NCBI GenBank assembly: GCA_042091415.1
Contig: JBELHK010000001.1
Span: forward strand, 4,599-68,598
Reading direction: 5' to 3'
Source: Polaribacter sp.
GTDB taxonomy: Bacteria; Bacteroidota; Bacteroidia; Flavobacteriales; Flavobacteriaceae
Length of the DNA stretch: 64,000 bases
Below the pieces are notes generated by a model that was not told the DNA's origin, did no database searches, and saw nothing but the letters and a program-made list of their open reading frames with translations. This document shows positions 49,557-59,205 of this stretch, piece after piece (positions within the stretch are counted from its first letter, which is position 1; each line of letters begins with the position of its first letter). The translations under genes and the position numbers were made by a program.

Positions 49557-50187
49557 CCCCTTTAACTTTATCTCCTAACTTTACATTAACTTTAGTTCCT
49601 AAAGGTAAAAAAACATCAACTCTAGAACCAAATTTTATAAATCCTGCATCAGTTCCTTGTAAAACCTTATCTGCTTCTTTTGCATAGTTTACAATTCGTT
49701 TTGCTAAAGCTCCTGCTATTTGTCTATACAATACTTCTCCAATTGTATCATTCTCAACAACAATCGTTGTTCTTTCGTTTTCTGTGGAAGATTTTGGATG
49801 CCAAGCAACTAAATATTTACCTGGGTGATATTTACTGTATTTAACAATTCCGCTGATAGCATATCTTGTTACATGAACATTTATTGGAGACATAAAGATT
49901 GAAATCTGTAATCTTTTATCTTTAAAATATTCAGTTTCTTCTACTTCTTCAATCACTACAACTTTACCATCAACAGGAGCAATGATTGCGTTATCATTTA
50001 ATTTAGTAATTCGTTTCGGATTCCTAAAAAACTGTAAAACAATGATTACAAACAAAACAATTAAAAATTGAATTGATTTAGATAACCATAACAATTGTAT
50101 ATAATTATCTGATAATAAAATAAGTGAAATTGCAACTACAAAAGTAATTGTAATGATTTTATAACCTTCTTTGTGAAAACGAATCAT
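49531..50187 (-). CDS. psd: Phosphatidylserine decarboxylase proenzyme
   Basis: FFRNP.R, APVDGKV, IFMSP.NVH, NER, self-cleavage motif KFGSRVD. Confidence 0.93.
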   Translation of the reverse strand: MIRFHKEGYKIITITFVVAISLILLSDNYIQLLWLSKSIQFLIVLFVIIVLQFFRNPKRITKLNDNAIIAPVDGKVVVIEEVEETEYFKDKRLQISIFMSPINVHVTRYAISGIVKYSKYHPGKYLVAWHPKSSTENERTTIVVENDTIGEVLYRQIAGALAKRIVNYAKEADKVLQGTDAGFIKFGSRVDVFLPLGTKVNVKLGDKVKGGVQIIAEK

Positions 50188-50188
50188 G

Positions 50189-50983
50189 TTAAATAATAAA
50201 ATTTATATACAAATATACAAATGGAGAGACAAACAACAAGCTATCAAGCCTATCTAAAATACCTCCATGGCCTGGCATTAAACTACCACTGTCTTTAATT
50301 TTAGCTTGTCTTTTAAATTTAGACTCTATTAAATCTCCCAAAGTTCCTAAAACAGATACTAACGCCCCAATAACTAACCAACTATTTAATGTAAATAATG
50401 TATTAAATTGGCTTATCAAAAACGATGCTAAGAGAGAGAAAACTAATCCTCCTAAAAAACCTTCTACTGTTTTATTTGGTGAAACAGACACAAATAATTT
50501 TTTGTTACCAAAATTCTTTCCAACTAGAAAAGCAAAAGAATCATTCACCCAAATAATAGATAGTATACTTATTATCAAGTAAGGGCGAAAAATATTGTTA
50601 AAAAAAGGAAGTAATATTAAAAAACACATTGAAAATACAACGTACCTTAAAGTTAATCCGAATTTAGAAATATTATTAAAATATAAAATCTCTTTTTTTG
50701 AAATTAGTTGATAAAGAAGAAATAATGAAGAAACTATTGTAGTAATTAATATGCCTTTTACTAAATAACCATCTTGATTATCAATCATTAAAAATAAAAG
50801 TAAACCAAAAAAAATATAGCTTATAATGTTTTTAGATTTAATCATTTTAGAGAATTCCCAAATACAAAATAAACCAAATATACTGACCAAGAGTAAGTAT
50901 GATTTTTCTGAAAACAATATTGCAGAGAGAAAAATTAAAATATAAATAATTCCAGAAAAGCTCCTTTTTAAAAGGTTGTTCAT
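50189..50983 (-). CDS. cdsA: Phosphatidate cytidylyltransferase
   Basis: SPNKTVEG, GDLIESKFKR, KDSG..MPGHGGILDRLDS. Confidence 0.95.
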   Translation of the reverse strand: MNNLLKRSFSGIIYILIFLSAILFSEKSYLLLVSIFGLFCIWEFSKMIKSKNIISYIFFGLLLFLMIDNQDGYLVKGILITTIVSSLFLLYQLISKKEILYFNNISKFGLTLRYVVFSMCFLILLPFFNNIFRPYLIISILSIIWVNDSFAFLVGKNFGNKKLFVSVSPNKTVEGFLGGLVFSLLASFLISQFNTLFTLNSWLVIGALVSVLGTLGDLIESKFKRQAKIKDSGSLMPGHGGILDRLDSLLFVSPFVYLYINFII

Positions 50984-50984
50984 G

Positions 50985-51569
50985 TTATAAATTTTCTAAC
51001 AGCAACAAATATAAGTTTTTTGAATTACTGTTACCATAATTCAAAAAATTATCATCATTTTTAATTATTTTATAATTTTTTATGGATGATATGTTTGTTG
51101 GCAAAGAACCTTTACAATTTACTTTTATCCCTGTTAAACCCTGACCTGTATTTTTTACGATTTGACTTGTAGTAGCAATAACAATAAAATTATCAGGAAA
51201 AGTATTTAATTTCTTACTACCTAACTGATTTGATGAAAACATTATATCTGCGCTTTCGGCAATCAAATGTTCGCAGGTTGTTAAAAAGGGTGAATTCGGG
51301 GTATCAGTATTTAAAACATCAATTTTTGCATCTGAAAAATAGGGTTCTAATTCTTTACTTAAGGTAAAAACAGAAGACCAATCGTTTTCTTTAAATATTT
51401 TTTTTAAATTTTCTTTAATTTCCTCTTTAGTTTCACAATATAAAAACTTACCCCCTTTATTTACAAAGCTCTGAACAAATAAATCGTCTAAAGATAATTC
51501 AACCTTTTTACTTTCATTTTTTTGTTGTTCTGGTTTTTGGGAATTAAATATATTTTTAAAAAAATTCAT
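50985..51569 (-). CDS. LUD (lactate utilization B/C-like) domain protein
   Basis: F...GGKF.YC, TTCEHLIA, P..FIV.A..SQIV; usual position between ftsH and cdsA. Confidence 0.7.
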   Translation of the reverse strand: MNFFKNIFNSQKPEQQKNESKKVELSLDDLFVQSFVNKGGKFLYCETKEEIKENLKKIFKENDWSSVFTLSKELEPYFSDAKIDVLNTDTPNSPFLTTCEHLIAESADIMFSSNQLGSKKLNTFPDNFIVIATTSQIVKNTGQGLTGIKVNCKGSLPTNISSIKNYKIIKNDDNFLNYGNSNSKNLYLLLLENL

Positions 51570-51577
51570 TAAAAAAA

Positions 51578-53566
51578 TTATTCTTCAGATACGTTACCCT
51601 TAGACAAATGCTTCTTATCTTCAGTTGACTCTTTATCTTTATTATTATTTTCTTCTTTTTCTATTTCAAAAGGTCTTTTACCGAAAATTTCTTGCAAATC
51701 ATCTTTAAAAATCACTTCTTTTTCTAAAAGTAATTCAGCTAAAATAGTAAGTTTATCTTTGTTTTTCTCCAATAACTCAATCGCTCTTACGTATTGAAAC
51801 TCTATCATTTTAGAAATTTCTTTATCAATTTTCTTACCCGTTTCTTCACTATAAGGTTTCACAAAAGCATCATTCCCTGAAGAATCATAATATGTAATAT
51901 TACCAACTTCTTTATTTAATCCATAAACGGTAACCATTGCTCTGGCTTGTTTCGTAACTTTTTCTAAATCACTAAGAGCACCTGTTGATATTTTATCAAA
52001 AATAATTTTTTCAGCAGCTCTTCCTCCTAAAGTTGCACACATTTCATCTAGCATTTGCTCTGTTTGAACAATCATTCTTTCTGCTGGCAAATACCAAGCG
52101 GCACCTAAAGATTGTCCTCTGGGAACAATAGTTACTTTAACCAATGGAGCAGCATGTTCTAGCATCCAACTTACTGTTGCATGACCAGCCTCGTGATATG
52201 CTATTATTTTTTTCTCTTTTGGAGTAATTACTTTGTTCTTTTTTTCTAGACCACCAACTATTCTATCAACAGCATCTAAAAAGTCTTGATGATGAATTGC
52301 CTTTTTACTATTTCTTGCTGCAATTAGAGCGGCTTCATTACACATATTCGCAATATCTGCTCCAGAAAAACCAGGTGTTTGTTGTGCTAAAAACTCAACA
52401 TTAACATTATCAGCTAGTTTCAATGGCTTAATATGTACTTCAAATATTTCTTGTCTCTCTTTAATATCTGGCAAATCAACATAAATTTGTCTATCAAATC
52501 TACCAGCTCTCATTAAAGCTTTATCTAAAACGTCTGCTCTGTTTGTAGCTGCTAAAACAATAACATTTGTATCAGTACCAAAACCATCCATTTCCGTAAG
52601 TAACTGATTTAATGTGTTTTCTCTTTCATCATTACCTCCTGTCATGCTATTCTTACCTCTTGCTCTACCAATAGCATCAATTTCATCAATAAAAATAATA
52701 GAAGGTGATTTTTGTTGTGCTTGTTTAAATAAATCACGTACTCTAGAAGCACCTACACCAACAAACATTTCAACAAAATCAGACCCTGATAAAGAAAAGA
52801 AAGGAACACCTGCTTCACCTGCAACAGCTTTTGCTAATAATGTTTTCCCTGTACCAGGAGGACCTACTAATAAAGCTCCTTTTGGTATTTTACCACCTAA
52901 AGATGTATATTTTTCAGGACTTTTTAAAAAGTCAACAATTTCTTGGACCTCCTCTTTAGCGCCTTCTAAACCAGCAACATTCTCAAATGTAGTTTTTACT
53001 TTAGTATCTTTATCAAAAAGCTTTGCCTTTGATTTTCCAATACTAAAAATTTGACCTCCTGCGCCAGAACCTCCTCCTGCGCCAGACATTCTACGCATAA
53101 AAAACACCCAAATTAATATTAATATTATAAATGGTAAAAAACCAATTATGGCATCAAAAAAGCTTGTTTGCTCTTTATTCTCTAAATCTACATTTAAATC
53201 TTTTTCTTCTTTTGCTTTTATTACACTTTCTTCAAAAGTTCTATGATCTCCAAAGTTATATTCGTAAACTGGAGCTCCTGGTCTATAAAATGCTGAAGAA
53301 GTATATTTTTTATGCTCAGTTTGTTTAAGTGCTTCGTCTGTAAGATATATATGAGCAATATCTTTATTTATAACAGTAATTTTTTTAATATCATTATCGT
53401 AAAGTATTTCATCAAATCTATTTTTTGAAATACTTTTTGATGCCAAATCTCCACTATTAAAAAATTGAACTGCAATTATTGCAATAAAAACAGCACCATA
53501 AATCCAATAAGAACTGAATTTAAATTTAGGTATATTTGGTTTATTTTCTTTTTTTGATTTATTCAT
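51578..53566 (-). CDS. ftsH: ATP-dependent zinc metalloprotease FtsH
   Basis: Two TM helices, [30 protein letters not shown]. Confidence 0.98.
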   Translation of the reverse strand: MNKSKKENKPNIPKFKFSSYWIYGAVFIAIIAVQFFNSGDLASKSISKNRFDEILYDNDIKKITVINKDIAHIYLTDEALKQTEHKKYTSSAFYRPGAPVYEYNFGDHRTFEESVIKAKEEKDLNVDLENKEQTSFFDAIIGFLPFIILILIWVFFMRRMSGAGGGSGAGGQIFSIGKSKAKLFDKDTKVKTTFENVAGLEGAKEEVQEIVDFLKSPEKYTSLGGKIPKGALLVGPPGTGKTLLAKAVAGEAGVPFFSLSGSDFVEMFVGVGASRVRDLFKQAQQKSPSIIFIDEIDAIGRARGKNSMTGGNDERENTLNQLLTEMDGFGTDTNVIVLAATNRADVLDKALMRAGRFDRQIYVDLPDIKERQEIFEVHIKPLKLADNVNVEFLAQQTPGFSGADIANMCNEAALIAARNSKKAIHHQDFLDAVDRIVGGLEKKNKVITPKEKKIIAYHEAGHATVSWMLEHAAPLVKVTIVPRGQSLGAAWYLPAERMIVQTEQMLDEMCATLGGRAAEKIIFDKISTGALSDLEKVTKQARAMVTVYGLNKEVGNITYYDSSGNDAFVKPYSEETGKKIDKEISKMIEFQYVRAIELLEKNKDKLTILAELLLEKEVIFKDDLQEIFGKRPFEIEKEENNNKDKESTEDKKHLSKGNVSEE

Positions 53567-53584
53567 TTTTTAAAATCTTACAGA

Positions 53585-53953
53585 TTAGACTGGATTAATT
53601 TCAGTGATTTTTGCATCACCCCAAAGACTTTCAATATCATAAAAATCTCTAACATGTTTTTGAAAAACATGAACGACAACATTCACATAATCCATTAAAA
53701 TCCATTCTGAATTGCCTTGACCTTCAACATGCCAAGGTTTATCTTTTATTTCTTTACTAACTATTTTTTGAACTGAACCAGAAATAGCATTTACTTGGGT
53801 ATTTGAATTACCAGAGCAAACAATAAAATAATCACAAACTGTGTTTTCTATTTCTCTTAAATCTAGTAACTGGATATTTTCTCCTTTTACATCATCAATC
53901 CCTTTAATAATTACAGAGATTAAATCGTCTGTGCTTACTTGTTTTTTAGTCAT
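53585..53953 (-). CDS. rsfS: Ribosome silencing factor
   Basis: KGENI, DYFIVCSGNS, WILMDY..VVVHVF, FYDIESLW. Promoter element TAACTTTG at 53975-53982 (-). Confidence 0.95.
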   Translation of the reverse strand: MTKKQVSTDDLISVIIKGIDDVKGENIQLLDLREIENTVCDYFIVCSGNSNTQVNAISGSVQKIVSKEIKDKPWHVEGQGNSEWILMDYVNVVVHVFQKHVRDFYDIESLWGDAKITEINPV

Positions 53954-54039
53954 TAATTATTATATAATTTAACGCAAAGTTATTATTTTTTTGCGAGTTT
54001 TGTGAGTATATTTAAACTTGTTTATACTTTATTTAACAA

Positions 54040-54768
54040 TTGAAAATAATCAAACTTAATGCCATTGATTCTACTAATTCTTTTTTAAAAGATTTAGTTC
54101 GCAATAGTTTTGTAGAAAACTTTACTACTGTTGTTACAGAAAATCAGAAAAATGGAAAAGGACAAATGCATACTAGCTGGCAATCAGAACCATTCAAAAA
54201 CCTAACATTCAGCACATTAATATCAAAAGTAAATCTTAAAATTACAGAATCAAAATATATTAATTATGCGGTAAGTTTAGCTGTTTATGAAGCTCTTATA
54301 GAATATACAACTCCAAATTTATCTATAAAATGGCCTAACGACATAATGTCAGATGATAAAAAAGTTTGCGGTATTTTAATAGAAAACACTTTTCATTCAA
54401 AAGGGATAAAACATTGTATAGTTGGCATTGGTCTAAATGTAAATCAAGAAAATTTTGAAAACCTGCCAAATGCGACTTCACTGAAAAATTTATTGGGCAA
54501 GAATTTTAATCTAGAAGAAATTTTAAAATTAATATTAGAAAAGCTATATGAAAATTTTAAAATTCTGAACGCAAATAAGTTCAGTCAACTTGAAAAAGAC
54601 TATTTACAAGCCTTGTACAAAAAAGGATTGGTCTCAAATTTTAAAGATAAAGAAGGTAACTTATTTTCAGGAATAATATGTGGTATTTCAACTAATGGAT
54701 ATCTACAAATAAAATTAAATGATAATTCTTTAAAAGAATTTGGTATTAAAGAAATTACTTTTTGTTAA
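54040..54768 (+). CDS. birA: Biotin--[acetyl-CoA-carboxylase] ligase (no HTH)
   Basis: DSTN, Q..GKGQ, KWPND, KVCGILIE, GIGLNVN. Confidence 0.92.
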   Translation: MKIIKLNAIDSTNSFLKDLVRNSFVENFTTVVTENQKNGKGQMHTSWQSEPFKNLTFSTLISKVNLKITESKYINYAVSLAVYEALIEYTTPNLSIKWPNDIMSDDKKVCGILIENTFHSKGIKHCIVGIGLNVNQENFENLPNATSLKNLLGKNFNLEEILKLILEKLYENFKILNANKFSQLEKDYLQALYKKGLVSNFKDKEGNLFSGIICGISTNGYLQIKLNDNSLKEFGIKEITFC

Positions 54769-55154
54769 ACGGTTTCTAAGTTTTGTGTTAAAGTCTCAAT
54801 AAAACTAGTTAAAGGTTTTTTCACCATCATTGCCATCATCATATTAAACTTACCGTTAAAATCTAATTGTACCTCCGAAGAATTATCATCAATTTCATTA
54901 ATATCTGCAATTAATTCGAAATCTAATTTACTACTTGCTGCTCCTAAGTTTATTTTAGAATATGCTTCTTTCTCTTTTAAAACTAACCTAATTTCAGGCA
55001 TTCCTTGTAAACCAAAAATAAAAGAATCTCCTTCAACTTCAAATTTTTGAATAGAATCTGGCATTAATTGTTCAAAGTTTTTTAAATCAGATAGAAATTC
55101 AAATACTTCTTTTTGAGATTTTTTAACTATTACTTTATTTCCTTGTATATTCAT
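54765..55154 (-). CDS. SRPBCC/CoxG-like protein
   Basis: VFEFLSD..NF..LMP start-fold pattern; follows pyrE. ATG at 55154. Confidence 0.7.
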   Translation of the reverse strand: MNIQGNKVIVKKSQKEVFEFLSDLKNFEQLMPDSIQKFEVEGDSFIFGLQGMPEIRLVLKEKEAYSKINLGAASSKLDFELIADINEIDDNSSEVQLDFNGKFNMMMAMMVKKPLTSFIETLTQNLETV

Positions 55155-55165
55155 TATTGTCAATT

Positions 55166-55807
55166 TTACTTATTCCAATCACTCGGATTCGCTCTCCAAT
55201 TTTGCAAAGTTAATAATTCTTTATCTGAAATATAACTACTATCTAAAGCTTGCTCAAGCAAATTATCGTAGTTACTTAATGTTTTTAAGTTTATATTTTT
55301 TTCTTTAAAATTTTCAGTAGCAATATCGAAACCGTAAGAAAAAATAGCAACCATTCCTTTTACGACTGCTCCACTATTTTTTAGTGCTTCAACAGCATTC
55401 AAACTACTTTTCCCTGTGCTAATTAAATCTTCGATTACCACAACATTTTGACCACTTTCTAAATATCCTTCTATTTGGTTTTTTCTACCATGCTTTTTTG
55501 CTTCAGGTCTTACATATACAAAAGGAACTCCTAAAGTTTGTGCCACTAAAATTCCAATTGCAATTGCGCCTGTTGCAACACCTGCAATTACATCTGGTTT
55601 ACCATATTCTAATTCTACAATTTTAGCTATTTCTTCTTTTAGAAAAACACGAACTGGAGGATAAGATAATGTTACTCTATTATCACAATATATTGGAGAT
55701 TGCCAACCCGAAGCCCATTGAAATGGTTTACTAGGGTTTAACTTAATTGCTTTTATTTGCAGTAAAAGTTCGGCTGTTTTTTTTGCTGTATCTTTGTTCA
55801 TAATCAT
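55166..55807 (-). CDS. pyrE: Orotate phosphoribosyltransferase
   Basis: WASG..SPIYCDNR, YVR..KKHG, VIEDLISTG.S. Start at ATG 55807 (or 55801), not 55885. Confidence 0.95.
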   Translation of the reverse strand: MIMNKDTAKKTAELLLQIKAIKLNPSKPFQWASGWQSPIYCDNRVTLSYPPVRVFLKEEIAKIVELEYGKPDVIAGVATGAIAIGILVAQTLGVPFVYVRPEAKKHGRKNQIEGYLESGQNVVVIEDLISTGKSSLNAVEALKNSGAVVKGMVAIFSYGFDIATENFKEKNINLKTLSNYDNLLEQALDSSYISDKELLTLQNWRANPSDWNK

Positions 55808-55814
55808 AGAACAA

Positions 55815-56411
55815 ATGTATAAAGTTTTTGTCAATGAAAAGCCTATTATTATTACTTCTTCTTTACAAGTAAAAAATAATTTCAAAGTCTACCCTTTAAA
55901 TGATATTGTATTAGACGAAATCATCTATGAATTTAAAAATAAAAATACGAAAGGCATAAATCTTTACACCAATGATTTAGAGATTGGCTGGCATTATTTT
56001 TTAAGTCAAATTGATGTTATTCCGGCAGCTGGTGGATTAGTAAAAAATGAAAAAAATGAATTTCTTTTTATATATAGAAATAACATTTGGGATTTACCTA
56101 AAGGACAAATTGAAAAAGGAGAATCAATAGAAAAAGCTGCAATAAGAGAAGTTGAAGAAGAATGCGGAATTTCAAAATTAAAAATGATAAAAAAACTTCT
56201 TATTACTTATCATATCTTTTATCAAAAAGGAAATAAATTAAAACTTACACATTGGTTTCTTATGAATTCTAATTTTGATGAAGAATTAACTCCTCAAATT
56301 GAAGAAGGAATAACAAAAGTAGCATTTATAGAAGAACCAAAAGTCGATGAAATAATAAAGAAAAGTTACGCAAATATAAAATTAGTATATGATTGTTTCA
56401 AAGACAGTTAA
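55815..56411 (+). CDS. NUDIX hydrolase
   Basis: WDLPKG plus Nudix box G.IEKGESIEKAAIREVEEECG. Start at MYKVF (55815). Confidence 0.9.
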   Translation: MYKVFVNEKPIIITSSLQVKNNFKVYPLNDIVLDEIIYEFKNKNTKGINLYTNDLEIGWHYFLSQIDVIPAAGGLVKNEKNEFLFIYRNNIWDLPKGQIEKGESIEKAAIREVEEECGISKLKMIKKLLITYHIFYQKGNKLKLTHWFLMNSNFDEELTPQIEEGITKVAFIEEPKVDEIIKKSYANIKLVYDCFKDS

Positions 56412-56459
56412 TTTGTAAAAAACATTTTATATTTGCCGACTTAAAATTTACCTTAAAAG

Positions 56460-58088
56460 ATGACTGAATTTATCACAAAGCGCGTTAAAAATATTAGAAA
56501 TGATGTTTTATCTGGAATTACTGTGGCTCTAGCATTAGTCCCTGAAGCTGTAGCTTTTGCATTTGTTGCAGGTGTAGATCCGTTAGTAGGGTTATACGCT
56601 GCTTTTATGATAGGTCTTATTACTTCGATTTTTGGAGGAAGACCAGGTATGATTTCTGGGGCAACTGGCGCTTTGGCAGTCGTTATGGTAAGTCTTGTTG
56701 CAGAAGGAAACTCTTTAGGAAGCCCTGATGAAAACTTAGGTTTATACTACCTGTTTTTAACCGTAATACTTATGGGGTTCATTCAAGTTTTAGCTGGAGT
56801 TTTTAAACTTGGTAAATTTGTAAGATTGATTCCTCATCCAGTAATGATGGGGTTTGTAAATGGCCTTGCTATTGTTATTTTCTTATCTCAATTAGGTATG
56901 TTTACCAACATAGTAAATGGAGAAAAAGTTTGGTTAGAAGGAAATGCTCTTTACTATATGATTGGTTTAGTAAGTTTAACCATGCTTATTATGTGGGGAT
57001 TACCAAAAATAAAAGCTGCTAAAAAATTACCTGAGGCTTTAATAGCTATTTTAGTAGTTTCTGCAATTGCTATTTTTGCTGGTTTAGATGTTGCAACAGT
57101 TGGTTCATTTATTAGAGATGGAGGTGGAAAAGGTTTAGAAGGAAGCTTACCAACTCCTGTTTTAGAAACATTCTCTAAAATTCCTTTAAACCTTGAAACG
57201 TTAAAATTTATATTTCCTTATGCACTAATTTTGGCTGCAATTGGACTAATAGAATCTTTAATGACTTTAAATTTAATTGATGATTTAACAGAAACTAGAG
57301 GAAATTCAAATAGAGAATGTATTGCTCAAGGAGGAGCTAATATAATCACCGGATTATTTGGAGGAATGGGAGGTTGTGCAATGATTGGGCAATCAATTAT
57401 AAATATAAAAAGTGGTGGTCGTGGAAGATTATCCGGCATTACAGCTGCTGTTTTCTTGTTAATGTTCATCCTTTTTGCATCTTCTTATATTGAGCAAGTT
57501 CCTATTGCTGCTTTAGTAGGTGTTATGTTTATGGTTGTAATCGGTACATTTGCTTGGTCTAGTTTTAGAATTATGAATAAAATACCTAAAACAGATGTAT
57601 TTGTATTAATATTGGTTTCATCTTTAACTGTTATTTTTGATTTAGCTATTGCTGTAATTGCTGGTGTTATCATATCAGCTTTAGTTTTTGCTTGGGAAAA
57701 TGCAAAAAGAATTAGAGCTAGAAAACGCATTAGAAAAGATGGAACTAAAGTTTATGAAATTTGGGGACCTCTTTTCTTTGGAAGTATATCTGCTTTTAAT
57801 AGTAAATTTGATATAAAAAACGATCCTACTTCAGTCGAAATTGACTTTGTAGAGGCTCGTATTTCAGATCATTCTGCAATTGAAGCCATATTTGCTTTGG
57901 TTGAAAAATATAAAAATGCTGATAAAAAAATCACTTTAAAACATTTAAGTGAAGATTGTAAAGTTTTATTATACAAAGCTAGTCCTATTTTTAAAGAAGT
58001 TATTATTGAGGATATTGATGACCCTAGATATCATTTGGCTGCAAATCCAGAAGAATTCCCAAAACCTCTAGGAGAATATAAGCTTTAA
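56460..58088 (+). CDS. SulP/SLC26-family anion transporter with STAS domain
   Basis: ALVPEAVAFA, PGMISGATGA, GCAMIGQS, GPLFFGS. Promoter element TATATTTG at 56428-56435. Confidence 0.92.
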   Translation: MTEFITKRVKNIRNDVLSGITVALALVPEAVAFAFVAGVDPLVGLYAAFMIGLITSIFGGRPGMISGATGALAVVMVSLVAEGNSLGSPDENLGLYYLFLTVILMGFIQVLAGVFKLGKFVRLIPHPVMMGFVNGLAIVIFLSQLGMFTNIVNGEKVWLEGNALYYMIGLVSLTMLIMWGLPKIKAAKKLPEALIAILVVSAIAIFAGLDVATVGSFIRDGGGKGLEGSLPTPVLETFSKIPLNLETLKFIFPYALILAAIGLIESLMTLNLIDDLTETRGNSNRECIAQGGANIITGLFGGMGGCAMIGQSIINIKSGGRGRLSGITAAVFLLMFILFASSYIEQVPIAALVGVMFMVVIGTFAWSSFRIMNKIPKTDVFVLILVSSLTVIFDLAIAVIAGVIISALVFAWENAKRIRARKRIRKDGTKVYEIWGPLFFGSISAFNSKFDIKNDPTSVEIDFVEARISDHSAIEAIFALVEKYKNADKKITLKHLSEDCKVLLYKASPIFKEVIIEDIDDPRYHLAANPEEFPKPLGEYKL

Positions 58089-59176
58089 TTTAGGTCTAAT
58101 CTTACTTGAGCAACTTTTTCAATAGATTTGATTACATCTGGCCTTGATTGAATTAATCTTCTCAGGTCATATTTTGTTAGTTCCAACATTTCACAGCGCT
58201 TTAAGGCTTTTACCGTTGCTGTTCGTTTTACGTCTTTTAACAAGGCAATTTCCCCAAAGAAATTACCTTGTTTCAAAACTACAGACTTATTTTTATCACT
58301 TAAATGGACTTTAACTTCTCCATCTAAAATAAAGTACATAGAATCTCCTACATCTCCTTTTTTCAAAATAACTTGATTTTTAGAAAACCTTTTAATCACC
58401 AATAATCGTGCAATTTCAGAAATTGCTCCACTATCTAACTCTGAAAAAATTGGAACCTTTGCAACTAAATTCCAACTAGTAATGTATTTAATTCTTGTTA
58501 ATTCTTGCGCAAAGCCATTTGCAAGTATCCCTGCAGGTAAAGCAAACATTCCTAACCCTATAATTGATGCAATAGAACCTACTAATTTACCTAATACACT
58601 AATAGGAACAACATCTCCGTAACCAACTGTCGCTAAAGTTACAATAGACCACCACATAGATTCTAAAATACTTGAAAAACCCTTCGGATTAATATCTTTT
58701 TCTACAAAATACAGAACAGTAGAAATAATAAAAGTTAACAAAAACATTAGGTATAAAGATGCTAATAACGATTTTCTTTCAGTTATAATTACATCTTTAA
58801 AAATCACCAAAGCATCAGAGAATTTCGCGATCTTTAAAAAAGTAGCAATTCCGAATACAAATTTAAAAACATTTACATTTTCAAAATCTAAAAACAATAA
58901 AAAGAATGGTATTGCTGATATTAAATCAACAGAGCCCTCAAAAGATTTTAAGTAAACTAATAGTTTTTTATAAGAAAAAGCTTCTAAAAAATGGAGTAAA
59001 AAATCAATAGTAAGTAAACCAAATAAAAGATATTCTAAAAATTCGGTTTCAGGTAAAATTCTTTTACCCTCTTTTGCACTTTCTATTACAATTAAAGAAG
59101 TTGTTAAAACTGATAGCGTAATTATTATGCCTTTATAAAAAGATTTTTCCTTTATTTTTGTAAAGAGCGAAATCAT
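58085..59176 (-). CDS. Cyclic-nucleotide-gated potassium channel (MloK1-like)
   Basis: K+ filter WWSIVTLATVGYGD; C-terminal cNMP-binding domain (GDVGDSMYFI..G, FFGEIALL....RTATV.A). Confidence 0.92.
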   Translation of the reverse strand: MISLFTKIKEKSFYKGIIITLSVLTTSLIVIESAKEGKRILPETEFLEYLLFGLLTIDFLLHFLEAFSYKKLLVYLKSFEGSVDLISAIPFFLLFLDFENVNVFKFVFGIATFLKIAKFSDALVIFKDVIITERKSLLASLYLMFLLTFIISTVLYFVEKDINPKGFSSILESMWWSIVTLATVGYGDVVPISVLGKLVGSIASIIGLGMFALPAGILANGFAQELTRIKYITSWNLVAKVPIFSELDSGAISEIARLLVIKRFSKNQVILKKGDVGDSMYFILDGEVKVHLSDKNKSVVLKQGNFFGEIALLKDVKRTATVKALKRCEMLELTKYDLRRLIQSRPDVIKSIEKVAQVRLDLN

Positions 59177-59205
59177 ATCTATTTCAATTATAATTATAAA
59201 AAGAT

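Noticed and set aside
25724-55885. Longest-ORF start sites for pyrR (25724), CoA-binding protein (30135), pyrE (55885) and NUDIX (55794)
   Set aside because: The extensions overlap promoter elements or neighbouring genes. Downstream ATGs match the family N-termini.
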